From Macrostomum lignano (taxonomy: Eukaryota), in the NCBI GenBank assembly GCA_002269645.1, contig NIVC01003412.1, positions 1 through 64,000 on the forward strand: DNA of 64,000 nucleotides, written 5' to 3'. Under the pieces are notes generated by a model. That model was not told the origin of the DNA, did not search any database, and was given only the letters and a program-made list of their open reading frames with translations. The translations under genes were made by a program, and so were the position numbers. How positions within the stretch are numbered: the stretch's first letter is position 1; each line of letters opens with the position of its first letter. Of this stretch, positions 12,068 to 26,456 are shown in pieces.

Positions 12068-13852
12068 ATGGAAGGTTCATTTAGCGCAAGACTGTCTGAG
12101 AAGATGCGGTTCGCGGGATTCCACTCAGCGAATGCAAAAATTCAGTCGGCCATGGCGTCAGTGATTGAGGACACTCTGAGGTTTCTGGTCAAGACTGACA
12201 ATCTGCATCTGTTCGGCAGCTACTCTGACGGATGGGGCAGCTCGCTGACTCAGCTGGATGGAAGCGTGGAAGAAAGCAGCGACATTGACGTCACAATTGT
12301 TTCACTGTCAGTTCAGAGAAAATCGTTCCACCTCACTGGGGATTTGAAGAATGAGCATGGGCAGTGTCGCCACGACCACCTGCTCACACTATACTCTGAT
12401 GGCCACGCCGACATATCAAGCAGAGGTCAGTAGGTCCGGTGTCAGTTTTTACCACTGCACGAAAATGTGAAGTTTTCAATTAAAAACGTCTAGATTCCAA
12501 TTTTTCCGACCTAAGTAATTGCCTGAATAAAACGAATTCTCTTGGTTAAATTCTTGTAATAACATACTACCAAATCAACAGCCTCGGCACCAAATATTAT
12601 TCTGGGTGACCCAAACGTGAGCGTCTTCAGCGCTTTCGACATCATCGTCGCCCTGCCGTGCTGCGGATATCCGCCAATCGAGCTGCTGCTGCCGGTCTAC
12701 AAGAATCGCCGCGGTGGTGCCTCACGAATCCAGCCGCACATCCTGCAGATGCTCAGCGACGAGGTCAACAGCGAGACTCCGAGGTGTCACGTAGTCGTGG
12801 CGTCGCCTCCGAACGTCAGTCAAGGAACTCGCATGCGAGTGAGCACGACTCTGCTGGAGAGAGCTCTGCTCAGAAACCTCAACACGATTCAAGGCCAGTT
12901 CTTCCTCATCATTAAGTTTCTCATCAAGAAGGTCATCAGCGAGCGAGTCACCGGTCCGAAGACCTACATGGCCAAGAACCTGCTGTTCTACATGCTCGAC
13001 GAAACGCCCGAAGACGACTGGAAGCCGGAGAACTTGCTGACTCTCGTTCGCAAGTCGTTGCAGATGTTTGTCGAAATGATGCAGAGCTCAGACTCAGATG
13101 ATGTGTGCATGAAGCACTTCTTTCTTCGCGATGCAGCCGTGTACTTCAAGAAGGACCACCAGCCGAAATCAGAGATTATTCAAGAAGTCCAAGATGTCAT
13201 TCAGAGCCTGCTCAATGAGTTGACAGTGTTCATGGACTCGCTCTCAGAGGTCGCAGTGACTTCGGTGCAGTTCCACACCATCTTCGGTCTTCTCCTTCTG
13301 GTGGAGATGCACGAATCCAGTCATGATGAGGAGCAGGTCATGCGCGCCTTCCACACTGTGCTCGAAGCCCATGCGGCAGTGACCAAGCATTTCTCCGGCA
13401 AATCACCTGACGAGCATCTTGACGCTCTGCTGTCTCTGATTTCTCTCGTTCCCGACTGCACCAAGGTGTGCAGAGAGTGGCTGAGAGCGCTGGCTCATTT
13501 CAGGGTCGGCAAGTCGCTGGACGAGGCAGTCGAGCCGTTCGCCTATTCCATCAGTAGAGGCATCGCGTGCCCTCCGCTTGGACCCGAGTTGAGCTTTGAC
13601 GAGGCCAAGGCAGCCGTGCTGTGGATGCTGGCTGATCTGGAGCCCATGCGAGTCGAAGTTCAGAACGGCAAGATTGTCGGCTCCGCTCTTAAAGAGCAGT
13701 TTGCTATAATAGCCTCTCTTGTTGCCGCCCTGACTGACGGAGATGTGCCGGGCAGCGTTCTGGTATTTAGCGAGCTGCTCCGCAGCTCACCCGTGCTGCC
13801 TCTGATATTCAAGGACCGCGTGAGCATGACTGAAAGTTTTATGGTTGATTAG
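12068..13852 (+). CDS. cGAS-like receptor (Mab-21 family nucleotidyltransferase), 2 exons, 542 aa
   Basis: Exons 12068-12425 and 12582-13852, joined in frame by a phase-1 GTCAGT...CAG intron; GSYSDG...SDID motif, third Asp in FDIIVAL, Mab-21 C-lobe motifs RVSTTLLE and KTYMAKNLLFY. Confidence 0.88.
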
Positions 13853-15574
13853 GGCGATAAAAGCTAGTAATTATTACTCTTCTATTCCCTGAGAGCCGAG
13901 CAATTCTTTCAGAGAATTTTGATTGTTAGAGCAAATTTTTATATAGGTTTGTAAGAAACCTATAAACATATATTGTTAATAGGTTTTCGGTGGTTTGATA
14001 AAAACAACCCGCATATCCTTATTTCAGAAAACAAACCTGTCCGAGTACGGTGCGACGCTTCTGACGCAGCATCTGCGTAATGTCGTTGCTAGCGGTACGC
14101 TAGACTCTCGCGATGACGACGAGTCGAACTTCGAAGCTTCTGGTGATCACCATCGACCATTGGAAGAAGATGAACTTGACTGACTTTCGGGGGAGTTAAA
14201 AACTTATAAAAATTTACTGTTAAGGAAATTCAGTCCAGAAATTTCTCACTGGGCCTGAACGGACAAGCGCAGGTACATGAAATTCAAGAATACGGGCAAG
14301 CTTTTAGAATAAGAATCGCGTCGCCACCTCCGCAAAATGACGAGACATTCAACGATTCTGACAAAACGTCCATGTCTTCCTAAAAACGCTAACGCATCGG
14401 TGTTATCCATTGTGGTAATAATCCACATACTGAACGCCAATCAGCACTGCACCTCAGTACATTTTGCGATGCGTTAAAATTTTATCAGCCGTCAGCCACA
14501 TGTGTCTGCATCATCTCAGCCTATGGAATCTACTGGCCTTCAATTGGTGGCGCCAGCTGATTTTTTGAACTAGGTAGTGACTTTCTCCAATCTTGATCAA
14601 TAAGCCGTGGAAAGTACACTCGGCCAGTTGAAGTAACCAACTGTCTTCGAATAGTCACTGGTGGTGTGGCTATCCATGGTTACGTGACGTGGCTCCGTTC
14701 AGGTGCACCGTTATAAATGTCTGGGAATTGGAGCTGGAAATTGCCCCTTGGTACTAGAACTTACGGGAAAATATTCCCGTCATGAATACATACTCAATCA
14801 CTATGTTTATTCTGATATCAAGCTATTCGATTTAATGTAACATGCATCAAATATTATATTTATCTAACTTAAGCCGGTCGTTTTTTAAGTTACTGTCATG
14901 GATGGCATGGAGTTCTGATTCATGGTCTGTCGTTTTTATAAGATGAAGAACTTATGTATTTACTCAAGTAATAGACCGACCTCTGTATTATCGCACTATT
15001 ATACTTGGACATTTTGCCGTATGAAAATCTGTTTTTCTTTAATTTCTCTTAATAGTAGCTCGCCATACTCAATACACAAGCCGGGTGAAACACTCGTATT
15101 TACTGAAAAAGGGTTGGGCAAACGCGATGAAATGTTTTCTCGAACTTGCACTCAACTAGTGAAAGCGGAAAATTAGTTGAGGGACAATCTTATTAAAGCA
15201 AATAATCAGTTTAGAAGATGGCATACGTTCATTTTTTTACCGCGAGCTTCATTCATTCATTGCGAGCTTAATGATTGCATCTACCTGTAATTAAAGAAAT
15301 CAATCTACGCGATTCACTGAATAAACAACCATCTGTCAGATTTGTCTATCTGACACCATCGATATGGAAATAAAAGTCATTAAAATTATTTTCAGCTAAA
15401 ATACTAGTAATATTGCATAGTATCACTTTGCAATACTGAATACCGGCTACAGTGCTGAAACCCTTCGAAGGTTAGGAATCCTATAGGACGGCTATAGGAT
15501 TGCTAGAGAGAAAGTCATATTACAGATGCTAAAGTTCAAAAGCTAAGATTAGATGTAAAAACAGTGGCTAAAAA

Positions 15575-17205
15575 CCAGCTAGTCCGCGCTTCTTTCACCT
15601 CTTCGAATTTCCTGACGAAGTACTTGAAGAGGCGGGCGAAACTGTTCAGAATGAGGCTTGGAGGGTAGTGGACGAAACCACCGATGAGAGAGCTGGACTG
15701 TTCCCGGAGTTTATTGGTGTTCCCGGAGTGCATCTGGAGCCAGGAGTTCAAGGCGATAGCCCGCTTGATTACTTTGGCCAGTTTCTAACCGATGAGGCGA
15801 TCAACCTAATGGTTGAGTTTACCAATGCTTGAGCGTGGGAGAAGCTGAGAATACTTGAAGAAGATCAGGAAGAAGGAAATCAGCGATTGCCTCCGGCTCT
15901 TTCCGACTGGAAGGACTGCTCTGCCAACGAGATCAAGAAAGTTATAGCCATCATTTTCTACATGGGAATAGTGAAAAAGCCCGAAATCCAGAGCTATTGG
16001 GCTACCAGCAAGTTTCACGACAATCAATTTTTTCAAAGTGAGAACTGCTTATCTCGCAATCGTTTCCAGCAGATTCTGTCGTTTTTTTCGGTTTTATGAT
16101 TGCCGAACAGCTGATGCAGCTGACCCATTGCGCAAAATCCGGCCATTTTTGAGTTATGTACAGCAGATCTGCCAAAGAAAGTTTATGCCCGATAAAGACC
16201 TGGCCGTGGATGAAGAGCTAGTCCAGCACAAAGGCAGACTGGCTTTCAAGCAATACATCCCGACCAAACGGGCCAGGTATGGCATAAAAACCTACTGCCT
16301 ATGCGATTCAAAGACCGGCTACCTTTGGAATATTCTGGTGCATTCAACAACAGACGAAAACAACAAATCCGGGACCGAAATGGCTGCAAACCATCTCTCC
16401 ATCAGCGAGCGAATTGTGGTCGAGTTGTCAAAGAACTTGTTCAATCTCGGCTACCGAATTTTTATTGACAGCTATTTTTGCTCACACCGCCTTGCAAAGT
16501 TTCTGCTGGAGCACAACACCTTGGTGACTGGCACAATTCGCTGCAATCGTGGAATTCCACCTGAGCTCCAGCAGATGCAGATGCCAGCTCCATCGCATCG
16601 CTGCATGCGATTTGGCGATGTACTGGCTATCAAGGTTACGGACCGCAAAGCCAGTGGTGTGAAGACGCTGTACCTCATCGACTCGTTCGGTACAGCACGC
16701 AGTGTCCAGCGACAGAGAATTCGTCGAGGTGGTCAGGTGGACGTCGTCAGCAAGCCGGTTTCCGTCATAAACTATTCAAAGTGTATGGGAGGTGTCGATA
16801 GACTGGACTCTACACTTCAGCCCTACCACCCGAACAGGAAAATGTATCGCTGGCATCAGAAGCTGGGCATACACTCTGCTGCAGCTGGCGCACAACTCCT
16901 GGATTGTGTACCACCTGTCCGGAGGATCGAAGAAGTTTTTACCGTTCATGGAGAATTTGGTCGTCGCGCTGATTGACAGCTCAGGACCTGGGAAAAAGCG
17001 CTGCGTTCGCCCGTTGCCCGACGTTGGCGGAGCTGCGCACCTGCCCGGCAAGCTGCCCGCAACGCCTGGAAACCAGCGGCCCACGCGGCGCTGCCGAGTC
17101 TGCTACCGGAATGGCAGGACTAGGCGGACAGTCTTCATGTGTGAGCAATGCCCAGGTGAGCCCGGACTGTGCGTTCCCGGTTGCTTCCGAGAATGGCACA
17201 GCTAA
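15575..17205 (+). pseudogene. piggyBac transposase, disrupted (stop near 15830, frameshifts near 16090 and 16875)
   Basis: FIGVPG..PLDYFGQFLTDE, AVDEELV, FIDSYF, GGVDRLD (DDD triad), C-terminal CRVC...CEQC...LC...CF..WH. Confidence 0.88.
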
Positions 17206-17917
17206 GCAGTTCAATGATCTGCAGCACGGATGACTTTTTCGAACTGGGTTTTTATGTTTTTTTATAATTATTGGTAGAACTCGCTGCATGCGATTTTTTA
17301 GCCGCATTGTAGGCTTCAATTTTAGTATGCTGAAAAATAGTCTGCATGCAATTAACAATATGTTTACGAGCTTATCAGAATTCTCTTGGAAAGCCATATT
17401 AAATGAGCTAAGTGCCCAATAGACCCTAGCAACATAAAACTTTGCAAGTCCATGTGCCTCAGCTATGCGACTTACATTTTTAGTCTGAATAAGAAAACTT
17501 TAATTTTTGCACCTTGTCTATGCAGTAATTTATCTCATAATGTTTCGTTAAAAACGATTCTAGCCTTCGTGTTTGATGCTTCCAGGATATAATTTTGTAG
17601 CTGCGTAATGGTTTAACAACCAAAGTTTAATATATATTCCTTCTTTGAATGGCCTTTTCATATGCACTCATGCTATAACAGCCATAAAAGTTATCCCCAT
17701 TCGAAATTCAGACTGTAAATTATACGCAAAAAAATGACTCCATGCGTAATTATTGTTCGTAAGGAAATTTATAAAGTGAATTTTAGCCGCATTGTTTCGT
17801 ATTTACATGTAAGGGTAACTCTGATTATTATAAAAATATTCATGCCTGTTTTAAGATTGAGACTCAAATAAAACGTTCTACAATTTTTCTGTTGATCTCA
17901 TTCACTTTAAACTCCAT

Positions 17918-18340
17918 GGTCAGCCACGCTGTTCATTCGGATTTTCACGCAGTGTTGCCAGTGAAGGCCACGCTTAACTGTCATGACCATAGACTATCGG
18001 ACTGGTAAAAAGTGCTGTTGGTCAGCCACGCTGTTCATTCGGATTTTCACGCAGTGTTGCCAGTGAAGGCCACGCTTAACTGTCATGACCATAGACTATC
18101 GGACTGGTAAAAAGTGCTGTTGGTCAGCCACGCTGTTCATTCGGATTTTCACGCAGTGTTGCCAGTGAAGGCCACGCTTAACTGTCATGACCATAGACTA
18201 TCGGACTGGTAAAAAGTGCTGTTGGTCAGCCACGCTGTTCATTCGGATTTTCACGCAGTGTTGCCAGTGAAGGCCACGCTTAACTGTCATGACCATAGAC
18301 TATCGGACTGGTAAAAAGTGCTGATGGTCAGCCACGCTGT
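17918..18340 (+). repeat. 102-bp tandem repeat x4 plus a partial unit, subterminal to piggyBac 1
   Basis: Units start at 17918, 18020, 18122, 18224, 18326 and are essentially identical. Confidence 0.95.
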
Positions 18341-18513
18341 CCATTGGTTTTCTAGGGGTTAAGCTTCTTTACATTATTTGTTCATTACAGATTCCGTGTA
18401 GATAATGCTACACATTGGGTGAATTGATGTACATTTGCACACTTCTACTGGCATATTGAATAGTTAAAATTTGTGTTTATAATTACATGTCGATTAAAAT
18501 AAGTCTACAAATA

Positions 18514-21817
<3,304 letters not shown>

Positions 21818-22304
21818 ATCTTTTGGTAAATGAATTGTTGCTTGTCAAAAAAAGATTAAAAAACAAAAGCCTTCTAGCTTCTTTCAGCTCAAAATGTCTT
21901 CTTTTATTTTGAATACGAGCGCACTGAATATAAGTGTGCGCATGATAAATTCTCTTCTCACCTCAGGCAGAGTGAGCGAGTATTTATGCCAACAGCCAAA
22001 GACACGTGCACAGAAGTGAGAGCAAGTGCAGTGCAAGTACATCTGTACAGTAGACTTTTGCCTGCGAGCCTGATAGTAAAAAACGAAGTTCCCTTATTGT
22101 TGGTTTGGCCTAGAATTTCTCTAAGAAACTGCGAGGACAGAAGCCGCCACCAGTGCGTGTGAGAGATTAAGAGCTTTAGCTAAACGTTCGCTGTTTGTGG
22201 TTTTTTTAATCCTGAATTCTATTTAACTCTTTTCAGATCTCTAACTTTTTATCTTTTCAAAGATAAAACGTTTGCTGAGTTCTTCTCAGAAGTCTTCTTA
22301 CGAG

Positions 22305-22612
22305 GACATAATAATAATCATATTTGATTACACCTGCCCTAATAGGCAGATTTGCAACCGACAGCTCAGCCGCAGCTATTGCGCGGCGCATCTGAAAGCT
22401 GCGTACGGCTGTTCAGTCCAAAGACTGGGGGGGGGGTCGCCACAAACAATTACCTCAGCTAATGCTGGCACCCATTTTACAGCTGGGTGAACTGAAGCAA
22501 TGCAGAGTTAAGTGTCTTGCTCAAGGACACAAACTGTTTCGAGTGGGATCAGGAATCGAACCCCCGAACTTTAAGTCGTGAGCCCGACGCTCTAACCACT
22601 AGGCTACAACCG
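22305..22612 (-). mobile_element. SINE family 1, copy 3 (near full length)
   Basis: tRNA-like head GGTTGTAGCCTAGTGGTTAGAGCG...GGTTCGATTCC, CORE-like body, ATT-rich tail. Confidence 0.85.
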
Positions 22613-25078
22613 CCTTCTGGCATATGAGGGCATGCAAAGTCGTCAAACCGACAATATATGGAGCAATAGTTTATATCGTGCCAACAAGGTTTAATGAGAT
22701 CATTAAACAAATAAAATTTTCGCCGAAAAATTGCGAATTATTCGTAGAGGGAACGGTTCGATTAGTTGTTTATAACCGAGGACTTATCAGTGACTTGCTT
22801 CTGTACAAAATTACGAGTATTAGTATTCTTATATACAGAGAGGTAAAAATAACAAATAAAACAATGACGGGACACAATATAAAGATAAACGGCTTTCCGT
22901 GCCAAAAATTATTGAGATCATCAAACAAATAGGATTGCGCCAAAAAATTAAATGAACCAGTTGAAGTATCTTGCTGTTTAAACCAAAGAGTCAACTTCCT
23001 CAGTAGCTGAATTATTCTCAATAAGACACTTCTTGGGTACGCCTAAGCCTCTTTATAAAGAAAGGGGCAATAAAAAATGAAATAAACACGGCGCCGGAAA
23101 CAGCAATAGTGACGTAAAGATAGACGGATTTGCGGCCAAATATTGGTGATGGAGGACGATAAAATGCATTTAGACCAATCCAGGAAGTTGCTTGACTTAC
23201 TGGCGAAGTTGCTGGCGAAGCACTCAAAACAGTCAATGCTGAGCTGCATTTTACAAACTGCTTTTTAATACGAGCGCTCAGCTGGGGAAATTTTATCAGC
23301 ACCAGCATTGCTGTGTCACATTCGCTAAACTCAATCTCAGCGGTGTTTTTTTCGCGCAAAGAGAATCGAACTGAGGCGCACGGACCTGTCGGTCGGGTCG
23401 AAACTCTGCAATTAGTGCAATTGGAGACTGAAGAAAAACAAGACTGTAGAATTTCATCTGTAAGCTATTAACAACTGTCTAAATGCTTACAAAAACTCTT
23501 TCGCTTTTGGAACAGGCTTCAATCCACATTCACCGCTATCCTGTCTGATTAGAGACAGAACTGAGGCATCGGCTGCACTGTAGAACATGCCGAGACGCAC
23601 TGGCTGGCTCAGGTTCAGAGGCCGTCTGTACGGGTGCACCGACAGTCTGGCTGTATCTGAAACCGTTTTGATGCTCACCTCTATTTTAAAGTAGCTCCGG
23701 AGATTAAAATCAAAAACAGATGCTGAGAGTCGCTACTTACTTGCAGCAATCAGACTGCGGATCTCAGACATGCTGGAGAAGCTGGCCAGCTGCGCATCGC
23801 CTCTGATGCTGGACATTGCGGCTGTTAAATTGGCTTTGACTTTGCTCACAGCTTAGCAGTTTCCGTTGAAGCTGAGCATGTCTCTGTGGCAGAGTCCAGG
23901 GAGAATGAGCAGGAGTCTCAACTTTACCTTGGGGGCAGATTGGTATCTCGGGTCCCAGCTGGCCTGCACCGTGAGAGGCAGCCTGAAATAGAGTATTGGT
24001 ACAGCGCTGAAAGTCCTACATGTACCATATTACTGTCCGCATATGTAACTATAAACAGCGTTCAAACTCCTGAAGTAAAAACCATTCGAGCTACCTTTTG
24101 ACCACATAACAAGTTATTGAATCGCCATTCCTGGAGAAACAGCTGCTGGTAACCCCCTGAGAACCTCCCTGGATGGCGCCAACCCTCCGTCTAAAGCATT
24201 GTAGAGTTAGCAGCTTTACTATTGACAACTTTAACACGATCTGAGCTCGTAGCAACATTTCAAATTACAAATACTGATCGATTACTATATTGCCAGCGAC
24301 TTACATTAGCTGTTCAGGTGCGACCAAAAACATTCCTTGAGTCACATTGAGTGTCCCTCCTTTGTATCTGATGACCAAATCTATCTGTTGCTTTCTATCC
24401 TTTGTTTGCGAGTCCATCGTAAGTCCTTGCAGGACAAGCTGCAGGTCCTTTTCAGTCACTGAACTTTCGATGCTCCATGAGCAGCGTCCGCTGAGCTGCC
24501 TGATGTCTGTCTCTTCTGAGTAGCTTGCAGTGAGCTCAACGTGCTGTTTTTGATCATCGGAAATAATTATCGATGACATCAGCTTTGGGTAGACATTACA
24601 GTAACGGGTGGCGGCTTGGCAACTGAAAATGCAGGTTTGCAGTATATAAAGCGTTTTTATAGCTAAGTTTTTACATGCGAGCGTACGTATATTCTAGCAG
24701 TATAATCACAAAACAAAAACGACAGTGTAGTGATTTTACATATCTAAATGGTTGTAAGTATTTTAGGAGTAAATCTTAGGCCTAGTTTACTGGCAAGAAA
24801 ACTTCCGCTTGTAAAGATCTCCAAATATACATGTGGTAGACTACTAGAAGTAGTAGGATAAAATAATGAACAAAAAATTAACAATTTTTTTTGCATGCGT
24901 CAAACCTATTTTTAGTGGTACCGGTAATATCACGAAAACAGCGAGTGACTATTCTATTGTTCAAAAAACCGATTCTCAACATCTAGTTTTAGAACTACCA
25001 AAAGTAGTAAATGTTAACCTGAATGCTACCCAAGTCTCAACTTTTCTATTTCTTTCTTCCTTAATGAGGTCATTTATG

Positions 25079-25574
25079 TTCCTCCGCCCTACGCAGGGCC
25101 CTGCTTGGACTCAACAGCAGGGACATCAGGGCGGTGACCATGCCCTCTTGGGTCATGGCTGTTTTGCCAGGCATCGTTACCTCCAGGAGAAAATCCGCAG
25201 TGAGGAATGCCCATTCTGCCTCTCCGGTGTCGAGAATGCGGATCACTTCATCTGTGAATGCCCCGCCTTTACTCAGGACAGGCTCACCTAACCCGGTTCA
25301 GGACAGGCCCCAAACCCGGACCTCTCCGACGTTTTCAGGCCCGAGAATCTCTGCCAGCTCGTCCGCTACCTAAGGGCTACCGGGCGAGCGACAATCCACC
25401 TCCTGGACTCTCCGGAGGGGGACCGCGCTGCGGACGCCGGCGCCACCGGAACTCCCTGCGCGACACCGCAGCACTAGCTGCCCGTGGTCGCCAGGGGTTA
25501 GCGAAATGGGCGGCAACGCCTCATCGCTGTTTCCGGACGCACGGAGCCCCCTGCAGCTAAGTCAAGTAAGTCAA
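25079..25574 (+). mobile_element. 5'-truncated LINE 3' end (I/R1/Loa-group-like)
   Basis: 13-bp TSD GAGGTCATTTATG (25066-78, 25575-87); GHGCF...CPFC...ENADHFICECPAF zinc-knuckle; (TAAGTCAAG)2 tail. Confidence 0.85.
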
Positions 25575-26456
25575 GAGGTCATTTATGAGGTCAAGAAGTT
25601 CCTTTCTTGACCTCATAAAAAACCGGTTTGGGCTCAAGGTCGACTAATTGCATTTAAATACAAACGAAAAGTCCGAGCTGAAATCTCAGACTCGAAGCAG
25701 CCTCGAGAGGACTTGAAAACATCCAAGAACTACGAGGCTAAATCTCTGAGAGAAGAACATGTATAGATACTGTTCGGTAAGCCTTTGTTGGAGTCTTTGT
25801 TCTTTTATTATTGAGAGTCTTGCTGTTGCCGGCCGTTGCTGATCAGTTGATTTCTACAGAGTTATTGAATTTGAAGCCTCCCTATTCCTAAGGGATTGGA
25901 TAGGATCTGCGGACCGATTCCGATACTCTTAAGGGATTATAGATTTGATTGATTTTGGTACCCTAGAGTAAGAGATAAGGGCACGTCACGGCTCTGATTC
26001 TGTTATTTCTAGAAGAAGACGCCCTTACTGGAGGACCTCGTCTTTGTTATAGAGTTGACTTATTATGATTTATGATTTGATTTCTGAACTCGATGAATGC
26101 ATTAACGTCGACGGATTAAATTGTTACCTTCATTAAAGTGCTCTCATATTCGACCGACTTAAGAAGTGACGAGCTCTACTACGAACCTGCTAGACAAAGA
26201 AGAGCAGCCCGCACTAGTAAGTGATCGCTGAATTCTGTTCCCTGGCTTGAGGTCCGGAAGTGGGAGTTTCGTGTGTTGAGATACTAGACTTATTTTTTCT
26301 CTCTCTTTCTTTCCCTCTCTCTCTAGTGTGCTAAAGCGAACTCTTTACTCTCTGGGAGCCGAAGGGAGGCCTGAATGCCTTTAGTCAACTGCTCTGACAA
26401 GTGTCTAATTGCAGACAGTCTCGTTCAGTGCATTACGCTCGTACTTATGGCTTTAA

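Larger units (their letters stand above)
15460..18358 (+). mobile_element. piggyBac element 1 (right end defined, left end uncertain)
   Basis: Right end ...CTAGGGG followed by TTAA at 18359-62. No clean TTAA-CCC left end found; 15460 is only a degenerate candidate. Confidence 0.6.

Noticed and set aside
13995-14183. Acidic ORF as the N-terminus of piggyBac 1
   Set aside because: Lies 1.4 kb from the transposase with no TTAA-CCC end or convincing splice link
17918-18340. CRISPR-like array
   Set aside because: Units are identical head-to-tail with no unique spacers; eukaryotic context; no cas genes
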